In this document: positions 1-10,429 of the stretch, in pieces
How the letters are laid out: each line of letters begins with the position of its first letter
How positions within the stretch are numbered: the first letter of the stretch is position 1
NCBI GenBank assembly: GCA_000320545.1
Contig: ADNK01002937.1
Location: forward strand, 1 to 38,838
Reading direction: 5' to 3'
Length of the DNA: 38,838 nucleotides
DNA from: Bigelowiella natans CCMP2755
Lineage: Eukaryota > Protista > Cercozoa
The notes under the pieces: model-generated
The model's input: only the letters and a program-made list of their open reading frames with translations
Database searches by the model: none
Told to the model about the DNA's origin: nothing
Translations under genes and position numbers: made by a program

Positions 1-39
1 TGTTAAGCCTCATGTGTGTTTCTGCCCCTCTCTCTCTCT

Positions 40-89
<50 letters not shown>

Positions 90-376
90 CATGTGTGTGA
101 GAGAGCTACGAGCGGTTGCAAGCTACTACCGTCTTGCCACCCGACTCGGATATGATTCGCTTCTCAAACGCCTAAGTGTAATAGATGGGATTGATTATTT
201 CATCTGTGTGCAGGTGCATGTGCGTGCGTGTGCTTATGCAAAGCCGTCGGTTTTCTGAGGATACCCTGTAGATATCTTTGAGTTCTCGAAATGCATAAAA
301 ACGTGGCGTCTGCGACAGCAGCCACCTGCATACCACGTGTAAGTAGCGTGTGAGTATCATAATCTTGCTCAAAACA

Positions 377-408
<32 letters not shown>

Positions 409-1128
409 AAGGCCTCTTGACCAGCCTATACCCCCCCCTCCCCCCCCCCTTCCTTCCCTTCGGTTTTTCTTCTTTTGCTTGAAGTACTTGGGGTCGTATT
501 CGAAGATGCGCAATTCGGGGTCCAGGAATACGCGTGCTATCAGCTGGCGATGAAGATATTCAAAAATGAAATGCACAAATGTACGCGAATGCACCCAACA
601 CAGAGATGGAGAGAGAGGGGGAGGGGGAGGGGGAGGGAGAGGAGGAGGAGGAGGAGGGAGAAGGAAATACGTGTTAATGTCGCTGTAAGTAAAAGAGCAA
701 CAACAAGTGGGCAGATCCTAATGATATCATGAGAAGGGAGAGGGGAACTACAAAAGCGACGACGGCGATAACGACGATGATGAAGCCATCACTACCGCTG
801 CTGGTACGTTTGGAGTCTGGTTTCCTGAGAAGAGAGAATCGAGAGAGCGCGTGGGGGGGGGGGGGGGGCGGGCGGACAAATAGGGGAACATCATCCGCAG
901 ATCAAACTAGCACAAAGCACAAACAGGATGATGATAGAGGGGGCATAATAAGCAATCGTTCGGTCTGCATGCCCCCACCCACTCATCCCATTAGTTTTAA
1001 AGCTTGGCACCTCACGGGGTTCAAAGCAAAGTGACAACGACGATGATCATGCCGGGGAAGGAGGGGTTGGGGGCGAGGGGCAGTGACCAGGTAGTCTCGT
1101 TATTGTATGCACATATACATGTATCCAT

Positions 1129-1166
<38 letters not shown>

Positions 1167-1765
1167 CTGGACTTGCATGAAACTAGACACGTCGCACCCG
1201 TGCCGAAGAAGAGCGCAACGAGGGGGTATACCATTGCACTCCCAAACTCGGGGGAGAACCCTACATGTCCAGGGGGGAGGAGGAGGAGGAGGAGGAGGAG
1301 GAGGAGGAGGAAGAGGAGGAGGAGGAAGCAAACAGCAAGAGATGCCGCAATCAGGGCTTGGTGCAGTAGAGAGAGGGGAGGGCAGCCAGCAGCTACATAC
1401 GACCTAGTCGTCGTGTTCAAAGAAGCAGCACAGAGGAGGAAAGCGAGAGACGCACGTGTATCAACGCGCTCGACTCGCACTCGTCATCGTCCTCGTCATC
1501 ATCATCACAACGGTCATCAACATCACCCTCGGCGTCACTACAATCATAAGCATCATTATCATCATTATCGTCATCATCTCTATCTCCGTCGTTTAACCCG
1601 CAAATCGTAGCAATGTATCGATGGGCACAGCGATGAAGATGGGCGTGAGCCAATACACCCATTTCAGGACTTTGCCAAATCTTACAGGGAAAAAGCCAAG
1701 ATTTAGCGGCGACAGCGAGGAATCACCAATCACCAATTACATCATTGAAACACGCACACACGCAC

Positions 1766-1801
<36 letters not shown>

Positions 1802-3181
1802 GCACATACCACACATTCAAATATAAACATGGCGTGAAAGTAGTCGACACCTTCTTATCTCCTTCGAGAACTTTTCCTGGATGGGACGCGCTTCGTAGTT
1901 ACACCATGCCTTCTCCCCTACAACAATCATACGTGCATGGCCATGTATGCGAGGTGTGGGAGGGAGGGAGAGAAAAAGACCTTAAAACTCCTCCGACATT
2001 CCAGAACCCCCCCCCCCCTCCCTTCACACCTCTAGCATTCACGACGATTTAGGTACCCAACGTAACAGAGAGAAGACATTAAGTGCTAATCGACGACGAC
2101 TTTGGTGTGCGGAGTCTCATCTCGCATTTACGGTAGAATGGGTGACGGCTACCTCTTCCGAAACTAATCCTCATTTCAATAGGGAAGGGCTCGTAGCCTG
2201 GCAAGGTATGTTTATATATATATATATAATTATATATGTAGAAGAAAGAATACGATAGTGGGGAGCGGGGTAATGTTACTGGCTCCGTTTCTCTACTTGC
2301 TGAGAGTACAGAATGGCTTCTTCGTTATCTTCTTCTTCTTCATACCATCATCATTGCCGTCGTGCAGGATCATCGTTCATCGTCATCACCATTATCATCT
2401 TCGCTATCATTTATCATCTATCATCCGCGGTCAGCAACAGCCGCGGCACCCACCAAGCATCCTATGAATCTTCAGCAGGTTATGGTAGGTAGGAGGCGCT
2501 CCTTGCACGCCGTCGTTGATGACCACCCCGCCAGCGTCGCCAAGGATCTAATCACGGTAATCATGCAATTCTGCCATTTGAACTTCTTCTTCTACTTGTA
2601 GAATCAACGAATATCTGAAGATCTCGTCAAATTCAGTACTGACGACGAGGAGGGGGGAAGAGTAATTGGGTAGGAGGAGGAGAAGGAGGAGGAGGAGGAG
2701 GAGAAGTATCACCTTCTCTGACGTTGCTACACCCCCTGGGCCTTCGGCTCCATCCCATAGCTCGATCTATGAATCATCGATTGAATAGCGATGAAGTGTG
2801 AATTGAATAAGGTCAATGCAGGGGCAGACATGGAAATACAGAGAATCCGCGCTGATGGCTTTCATTACTAAGGTCTAAAATTATCGATTACATCAAATTT
2901 GCTCGCTTTGCGAGACAGACTCCAGGCACACGAGAGGCCTGCAACCAATCCAAATTAGAGGAATTTGCATCGAGGACGTAACAAGATCAATCAGCCAATG
3001 TTCCCCAACGAACGAATGACCACCAACGACGCTGATGGCGATTCAGAGAAAAACCTAAGGCTGCTTCGAAAACATAAACAATGACGGAGGGGGGGCGGGG
3101 GGAAAGGGGGAAGGGAGAGATCCAACCAGCAACACCGCCCCCGACTATCAAGACCCTCTTCTTGCTCCCCTCCTCCTCCAT
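1..3181 (-). CDS. FAD/NAD(P)-binding oxidoreductase (flavin amine-oxidase-like), multi-exon, 3' end outside the window
   Basis: ATG at 3181. Phase-compatible GT-AG exons give MEEEGSKKRVLIVGGGVAG|LSCAWSLSRKASKFD|IELWDGAEGPGGVATSEK|ILGDAGGVVINDGVQGAPPTYHNLLKIHRML|GYEPFPIEMRISFGR|GEKAWCNYEARPIQEKFSKEIRR|FGKVLKW. Later exons read GFSPEFGSAMVYPLVALFFGT, GNQTPNVPAAV, IARVFLDPELRIFEYDPKYF, WLLSQTPRFYAFRELKDIYR and AFEKRIISESGGKT. The N-terminus has a Rossmann GxGxxG and a downstream GG motif. Confidence 0.85.
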
Positions 3182-3364
3182 CGTGCTCGTTGGTTCGCGT
3201 GGGCAGTTTCAGTGGCTCTGAGGGGGAGACGGTGACGTACGAGGAATCGCCTGCGTTTTGATTGCGCGACATGGAAATACGCTCGTAACTGCGATGCGAG
3301 TTCAACTAGGAGTGCTTTTAGGAAGTTCTCGGCATTAAAAGTTGCCTGCTGCAAAGTTCGACGA
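3182..3364. promoter_or_regulatory. Very short divergent (bidirectional) promoter region
   Basis: Only 183 nt separate the head-to-head ATGs at 3181 (-) and 3365 (+). Confidence 0.55.
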
Positions 3365-4954
3365 ATGAGGCAGGTACCCCACCTCCCCTTCTTCCTCCGA
3401 TTGGTGCTGGGCTTGCTCGCCCCACAGCTCCTCCAGGCCCGGTACCACCACACGGGCACTGTTCAGGCTATCAACGGACGATCTCATCACCCGAGGTGGC
3501 TCTCGCTCGCTTTGTAGCTAATGATGATGACGATGATGATGATGATGATGACGATGATGATCATTGAGGCAATGCCAAATTGCCTTCTCGTCCGCACTTC
3601 GCACGGAAGGAGACCTCGAGAATGGATGCGAAGAAAAGAAGGATAGGAAAGCAATTGGGGAAGGAAAACCCACAACGGAATATGTAGCTTAGCTGAAGGC
3701 CGCTGTGTACTTGATATTTGGTTCGCAGATTCGCTTCATCATGGTTTCTGTCGGGCTTGATGAAGAGAGGCAATGGCTTTACCGGTCGTATTCGTCCTCA
3801 TCACGATCCAGCTCAGTATGCTGCAAAATGGCGCCGCCAACCTTCCCCGCTCCTGCTCCTTGCATGCCCTGCGAAGAAGAAGAAACTGGGCGACGAAGAA
3901 CTTGTCGAGAGGTGCGGTAGACATTGTGAGCACACGCGGAACAGTACAGAGTTACTTCATTGAGACAGTGACTCAATAAATATTTTATTATGTGTGTATG
4001 TGTATGCGTGTGTGCGCTTACTTAGACTGAAACAGATATCAGCCCGTGACGTCGAGTTGAAGGAAGAGCGTGGTACTAGTGCACGCACACGTATCTGCGT
4101 GTGTGATGCAATACACTGTGTATATGGTTGTTGTGTGGTTCATACGCAGCATGAACAACTTTTTGAGGGCAAATCAATACGGTGACATGCAGATCGCGAG
4201 AAAGCTATGTTGGAGGCTCAGAAGTCCGGCGTAGAGAGGCAATTCGACAAGGTGGCAAGCTGACATCATACTCTTCGAGCCGCGGCGAGATAGATCACAA
4301 GATGAGCGAAGCGATGTATTGACTAAAGTCCATGACACCCTAGTAGTGGTGGTGGATAACCGAGAACGACGGATTTCGGCTGCTTTTCTTGTTCTTTCTA
4401 CTCGCGGTTTCTTTAGCATTCACGTGTCTCTCCATCAACCTTTTCAGGTGGAAAAGGTCATTAGCGGCGGGGAGAAAGACTCTAATGGTGAGCCATGATG
4501 TTCGAAAGAGCATATTCATACTTTTCAACCTGAAAAATAAAACGTCTCAGCGACCCCCCCCCTCCCCCCTCCCCCTCAATTCGTCTTGGCTCGCTCCTCC
4601 TCCTGCGGGCATATGAACTCCGTCTGCCTTTGCTATCTCTCCATTCGAATTAGGGTTCGTGAAGATCGGCGGACTTGTGGTCACTATCTATTTGACGGCG
4701 ATTGATTGTGATGACTGTCGTGGCTGTGTTAGCTTTTGGTGCTACGCTCTAGATGCTTTTCCAAGCACTGTATCATCACCACCATCCTTGTCATCATTAT
4801 CACCACCATCATCATCATCATCAACATCATCAATGTACCATCCGCGCTTGACTTCATCTTCTCAGGCTTCATTGCTCACTGTGTGGGTCTACGTCGGCAA
4901 CCAAGGGATGAGCGGGTGCTGCTTGCATCGCCATGTTGAACAGCTACGATAATA

Positions 4955-4991
<37 letters not shown>

Positions 4992-6918
4992 TCTTCGTCG
5001 TCACCATCATCGTCAGTCAATACACGTGCGTCATCATGCAAAAACGGATAACGAGGCACCATCTCCGTTAGGTACACAGCCGCTCGGAAGCTCGATTTTA
5101 GAGAGCCTCAACAAGAGATAACAGAGCGGTACCCAATCACGCGTCTGCATATGTGAAGGGATTCGCGCAAATACATAAATGTTCATCTCCTCCTCCCCTC
5201 CCTCCCCACCATCCAACCGTCCCCCGTTTTGACCGACGTTGCTTGTGCGTTTTGTGTGTCATCGAAGAGACCGGCAGCAAGCGCGGGAGCTGCTGGGCCA
5301 AATGGAGGCGCGGAGGCAGAATGTCAGTGAGAGGAGATGTAAATGATGATGATAGTGTTCTATGGTGCTGAGGGTAAAAAAATGGATTCGTAAACGCTAT
5401 GCTGTAAATACACAAACACACGTGTGTGCGTGCGTGTGTGTGTGTGTGTGTGTGAGCGTGTGTGTATAACGTTATGCTACCGCGCCCTACTCTAACTCAC
5501 TGTATATGTACATGTTTTTGCTCGCATGACCAGTCCCCTCGAGACTTGGAAGCGCTGGAAGCATCCGCAGTTCTCTATACAAAGCTCGGAAATTATCCGA
5601 AGGTAGTGTTATGTGCTTTCGCCTTTTCCACGGTGAAGGGAAGCTTTGATGCATAAGTAGTAGTAGTGGCATCTTGAATATGTTACTAATGAAGATAGTA
5701 GTAAGGGCTACTTTCATTATCCGCAATGGTCGATATCATGCCCTTTTCCCCCCCCCCCCCCCCCCTGTTCCACAACGACAGCACAAACACAACAGCCATT
5801 CAATCCCGTGGCGTTGTATCTTCTGACGAAGATAGGAAGAGGGGGGGAGAGGGGATTAGGAGGGTGGGGGGGACGCGAAGAGTAACAATCAACCCACGAG
5901 TCGTCTGAAAACACACGCATACGTTTAAGGTCGAGGCGGAGACTGGAAAGTACCAAGACGCGCTAGATTCCTACGAAAAGGCGCTCAATATTGACTCCGG
6001 TTTGCTGCTGTCTATGGTTCTTGTTCTTGCTCTTGCTCGCCATGATGCATTTGCGATGAATGCAGGGTCTCTCGAGATCTGGGAGGGTTACACGAACGTG
6101 TTTATCACGGAGGGGGATTATGAGGAGGCACTTGAGCAGCTGGAGCAGGTTTTGATGGTGGTGGTAGTGGTGGTGGTGGTGGTGATGATTGGCTTCTGCC
6201 TGCCTCCCTGTGTGTATGTTCGTGTGTGTATAATGTGTGTCTTAGTGCGCGCGCGCGCACGCACGCTAATATATACTCTGATAGTCCTCCTTCGTGGTAT
6301 GATTGTAACTTCAGGCCAAGGCATTGCAACCGCAGGAGATTGGGATCTTGAAGGCTGCTGTCTATGCGCAATGGCCAGGACATCTACGTGAGACACGCTG
6401 ATGATGACAATGATACCGAGTGATACTAATGATGATGACGACGACGGTGATGGGGACAGGAGAGAGCTTATCGTAGCGATTGCGAGTCGATGGTGGATTG
6501 GTAGGTTATGGAAAGAGAAACAACCATATCACTACACAATATTAGGCGATGCTGAAAAAATATACACGAAGCTCATCGAGGACTATCCGGAAGATGCCCG
6601 CGTCTACCTTGCAAAGGTGGTATATGGCGTCGTTATATATGATTCGCCGTGAGTAGTGGGAGAACTTTCCAAAGGTGTTTCTATGCTGCAAAACGCCCCG
6701 AGCGACTATTGCAAAATAGCAATTTTGGCATCAGGCTTTTCAGATGTTCATCATTTTTCCAAGAGCGAGTCACTTTAGCTGGGATGATCTTAACTGACTT
6801 GCAATGATTACAGGGAGCCTTCTTAAACAAGGCCGAGCGTTACTTTGAGGCTAACAAAGTTATAGCAGAAGGCAAGCAAATGATGGCAGCTTTAGAAGCC
6901 GAGAGACAGCAGAAGTAG
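3365..6918 (+). CDS. Plastid-targeted membrane-anchored TPR protein (resembles the plant chloroplast At1g78915 type), about 15 exons
   Basis: Exon 1 (3365-3495) is MRQVPHLPFFLRLVLGLLAPQLLQA..., a signal peptide. Exon 2 (3729-3911) is an Arg-rich transit-like region. Hydrophobic segments are WWWITENDGFRLLFLFFLLA and GFVKIGGLVASLLTVWVYVG. TPR-like exons are SPRDLEALEASAVLYTKLGNYPK, VEAETGKYQDALDSYEKALNID, LEIWEGYTNVFITEGDYEEALEQLEQ and YAQWPGHLRDAEKIYTKLIEDYPEDARVYLAKG. Stop TAG at 6916-6918. The family match is from memory, not a search. Confidence 0.8.
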
Positions 6919-7787
6919 TGTATAATATGAAGAGTAACAGTACTGTGCAGCAACCACCCAGCTTGTTAGTGGACATGATCATGAGCAAAAAACCGTTGAA
7001 GAATTTAAAAAATTGACAGTAACTACATACATATTTCGCAGATAATAGCCTTTGATAGGGGTATGATGCGCTGCTAGCCACCTGCTAGCCTGCCGCTCTA
7101 GTCATGTTGTAGTGCGTGCCAGCATCCGATTGCTCAATGTCTGCGCTCAGCCAAGCTACTTGCAGTCGCAATTAAACAAATGCAGCAGTTTCTGTACATT
7201 CATTGATGTGCACGACGAGCGATGCACATCATGACAATACCAGCTACTGCTTGTACGGTGCTGCGACTGATATCATGACTGACAGTCGTACATTGTAAGT
7301 GCGTTAAATAGACATACGTCTCTTAAATGCACGTTAATAGACACGTGTGACTGATTAAGGCGGGCATGCTACATGATACTTCCATAGACAGCAAGACTGC
7401 TAGACTGCGAATATAGGCACGAATCTACTTGTATGATGAAATGTAGCAATGCATGAGTGAATTCCATTAAACATCATGCGCCACACGGCACCTGAACAAT
7501 GCGCGGATCGCATTTGAACATTGAGCAGCGCTGCATGTGCCTTACATCCTGTGAGATTCGTGTGCACATGCACGCGCCAACAGATCCCTTCACACTTCCG
7601 GAGCAACGGAGTAATTAATTTTCCAAGTTGGCGAGGCCTTCTTCCCGCTAAGAGGCATATACAGCTAACCCTACTCACTTCGAGATCCGATCAGCGCACC
7701 CATATCCAGCATTTTGATGCGATTAGAGTACGCTGAGCGAACAAGGGTCGATTGGTTCGGTGACTATTCCCTGCGACCACTTCAATT

Positions 7788-8507
7788 TCAACGTTTCAGA
7801 TCCCATGCTATCAGGTCGCAGGGTTCATTTTTTGCGTGCCTCCTCATCGGGTAGCGCTCCACACTCTGCAGAAATCTGATCATGTCAGCGAATACCAACG
7901 GCTCACGATCATTGTCCTGCTCCCCCCTTGCCGCGGACTGAATAAAATCGTCTCCTTCTTCTAGAACTGGCCACTTCGTCAACGGCTCTCCGCCACCGTT
8001 AGAGACCTCCTCCTCCTCCCCATCTTCGATTAGATAGTCCCAATGATCGACCTCCACAACCATGTCGCGCGAATGCAGCTCCGTGTCCCGTGTGCAGACG
8101 TACACCCGCCATATTGTGTCATTGTTGTAGAAGTCAGATATGCACGCATAGCTATGCCAATGATAGTAGGGAAACGGCTGTGTTTGGTGCTCATCATCGA
8201 CAAGATCCGAGATGTGCGTCAAGAGCATTGTGTCCCCATCGCTGACCATGGGGCATAGGCGCCTCTCAGCACAGCGCAAGTACTGGCGGAACACTGGAGG
8301 AAACGCGTCGAATTCATTACTCGATACAGGTGCCGGTAGTTTCGGTTCGTCCCATTTGTGCGCCTCATTGGATCCCAAGCGATTCAGTAGCTCTCCCAAC
8401 TTGCCGAACGCTCGTCCTTCATCACTCGAGAGAGCGCGAGCCCCGCACCTAGGCTGCCTTCCGTAGAAAAAGCAACGGGGCTTGGCTCTGCTTAGCCACC
8501 GCCGCAT
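7788..8507 (-). CDS. Intronless hypothetical protein (239 aa) with a mitochondrial-type presequence; possible SMI1/KNR4 (SUKH)-like domain
   Basis: Clean, non-repetitive ORF from ATG 8507. The N-terminus MRRWLSRAKPRCFFYGRQPRCGARALSS is Arg-rich, acid-free and ends in an R-x-L-S-S cleavage-like motif. Confidence 0.65.
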   Translation of the reverse strand: MRRWLSRAKPRCFFYGRQPRCGARALSSDEGRAFGKLGELLNRLGSNEAHKWDEPKLPAPVSSNEFDAFPPVFRQYLRCAERRLCPMVSDGDTMLLTHISDLVDDEHQTQPFPYYHWHSYACISDFYNNDTIWRVYVCTRDTELHSRDMVVEVDHWDYLIEDGEEEEVSNGGGEPLTKWPVLEEGDDFIQSAARGEQDNDREPLVFADMIRFLQSVERYPMRRHAKNEPCDLIAWDLKR

Positions 8508-8966
8508 GTTAGTCCGTGACAATCAGCCCCATCGCCGTGGCCATCCTGAACCCATCACTGATCTGGACGCGCACAGGGTGTGCGCGACTACCGGAGGGTT
8601 CCCACACCATCTACTCGCATATCGTGCTAAGACCGTGATTTCGATCTGTCTCGAGCACAAAATGGCCTGTATATTCACGGATTTCTTCCTTCCTCTCTTT
8701 ACCGAACGTCTCGTCGAAAAGAAAATAGCGGGAACAGTGGCCGATCAGTGGGTGCGCAGGCGCTGTCCTGCGCTTTGTATCGTTATCTAGATTTTTTAGT
8801 TGTTTTCCGTTGTCGCGCATACAAAACTGCCTTGATGGCTTCAAATATTCGGGTTTCCGAAGATCTACGACGGCACACGTTGATCGAAGAACGAGCACCG
8901 ATCTTCCATAATCCAAAGCGCCGCACCGGCCTAGCCTCTCGTCTATCTATCTTCGCATTTCCAATC

Positions 8967-10043
8967 ATGTCCACGGAACAGAAGAAGCTGCGCATCTGCA
9001 TCGGCGGCGGTGGGGGGTTCATCGGCGGAAACCTCGCCCGTCGTCTCCACAACGAAGGACATCACGTTGTGTGCGCCGATTGGAAACGCAATGAGTACAT
9101 GGAAGAGAAGGAATTCTGCTCGGAGTTTCATCTTGTTGACCTTCGCAATTACGAGAACTGCATCAAGGCAACGAAGGGCTGTGATGAGGTCTACAATCTT
9201 GCGGCAGATATGGGAGGAATGGGCTTCATTCAATCCAACCACTCTGTCATCCTCTACAATAACACCATGATCTCCTTCAACATGATGGAAGCTGCTCGTG
9301 TCAACAAGGTTGGCCTGTTCTTCTACTCTTCCTCTGCATGCATCTACCCCGAATTCAAGCAGACTGAAGATGAGATCGTTGGGCTTAAGGAGTCAGATGG
9401 TTGGCCTGCTCAGCCGCAAGACGCATACGGCCTTGAGAAGCTGGTCTCTGAAGAACTCGCTATTCACTATGAGAAGGACTTCGGCATGAAATGCCGCATT
9501 GCTCGCTTCCACAATATTTATGGACCTTTTGGAACTTGGAAGGGAGGCCGGGAAAAAGCCCCTGCTGCTTTTTGTCGCAAGGCTCTGACCTCCACGAAGG
9601 ACTTTGAAGTCTGGGGAAACGGAAAGCAGACTCGTTCCTTCTGCTACGTCGACGACTGTGTTGAGGGAATCCTTCGTATCGCTCACTCCGATTACACCAA
9701 GCCTATCAACCTCGGTTCCGACGTTGCTATTAGCATGAACGGCATGGCTAAGCTTTGCATGAAACTCGCTGGAAAAGAAATCCCAATCCGCAACATTCCT
9801 GGTCCTGAGGGGGTTCGTGGTCGCAACAGTGACAACACGCTGATAAAGAAGGTGCTGGGATGGGCACCTAGTATCACTCTTGAGGATGGTCTCGGCCGTA
9901 CAATCAAGTGGATCAAGGGCCAGATCGAGAAGCTTCCTGAAGAAGAAAAGGCGAAGCTTACTTCCTCTGTGATTGTGAAGCAAGAAGACGCCATGAAACA
10001 AAATGCAGCTTGCGCGGCCGCTACTACTAAAGGATCTAACTAA
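8967..10043 (+). CDS. GME: GDP-mannose 3',5'-epimerase (extended SDR family), intronless
   Basis: Motifs GGGGFIGG, VYNLAADMGGMGFIQSNHSVILYNNTMISFNM, FYSSSACIYPE, catalytic AYGLEK (YxxxK), RFHNIYGPFGTWKGGREKAPAAFCRK and GPEGVRGRNSDNTLI match known GME signatures. First ATG at 8967. Confidence 0.97.
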   Translation: MSTEQKKLRICIGGGGGFIGGNLARRLHNEGHHVVCADWKRNEYMEEKEFCSEFHLVDLRNYENCIKATKGCDEVYNLAADMGGMGFIQSNHSVILYNNTMISFNMMEAARVNKVGLFFYSSSACIYPEFKQTEDEIVGLKESDGWPAQPQDAYGLEKLVSEELAIHYEKDFGMKCRIARFHNIYGPFGTWKGGREKAPAAFCRKALTSTKDFEVWGNGKQTRSFCYVDDCVEGILRIAHSDYTKPINLGSDVAISMNGMAKLCMKLAGKEIPIRNIPGPEGVRGRNSDNTLIKKVLGWAPSITLEDGLGRTIKWIKGQIEKLPEEEKAKLTSSVIVKQEDAMKQNAACAAATTKGSN

Positions 10044-10429
10044 CTAGGTCCGATGTACTAAAAAATTTCTGCACGCATTTCATGCATCAATTATAAATAT
10101 TTAGAGTGGATATTGCTACTTACGTTCATGTATAGGCTATGATATGTTCTGCGCTGCTAATGTCGTCCTGACCTAGTAGTTGCTAAGGGTTGCATGTATT
10201 GATAGCAGCATGACACATGCAAATTGTGTAGATAAAGCTCTCACGGCAGGCTGGCGTTACTTGATGCGAACTCTAGGCTAAAAGCTGCTTAGTTTGTTCC
10301 GTTTCTAAATAAAATACGAATGGCATACGTGCTACATGCTAGCATGGTTTAGAACATGAATGAACAAATTTTAACAGCATATGATTTATTAACAGTTAAA
10401 ACAGTCTGCAAATTATAACAAAACAGACT

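Noticed and set aside
3773-3979. ORF MALPVVFVLITIQLSML... as the signal peptide of the TPR gene
   Set aside because: Its frame is not phase-compatible with the next exon. The frame ending ...DEELVER, fed by exon 1 at 3365, is compatible.
8748-8966. N-terminal extension of GME in the ORF track
   Set aside because: It starts at a non-ATG codon. The first ATG is at 8967, just before the Rossmann motif.
9393-10001. 202-aa antisense ORF inside GME
   Set aside because: It is a shadow ORF produced by codon bias of the sense gene.
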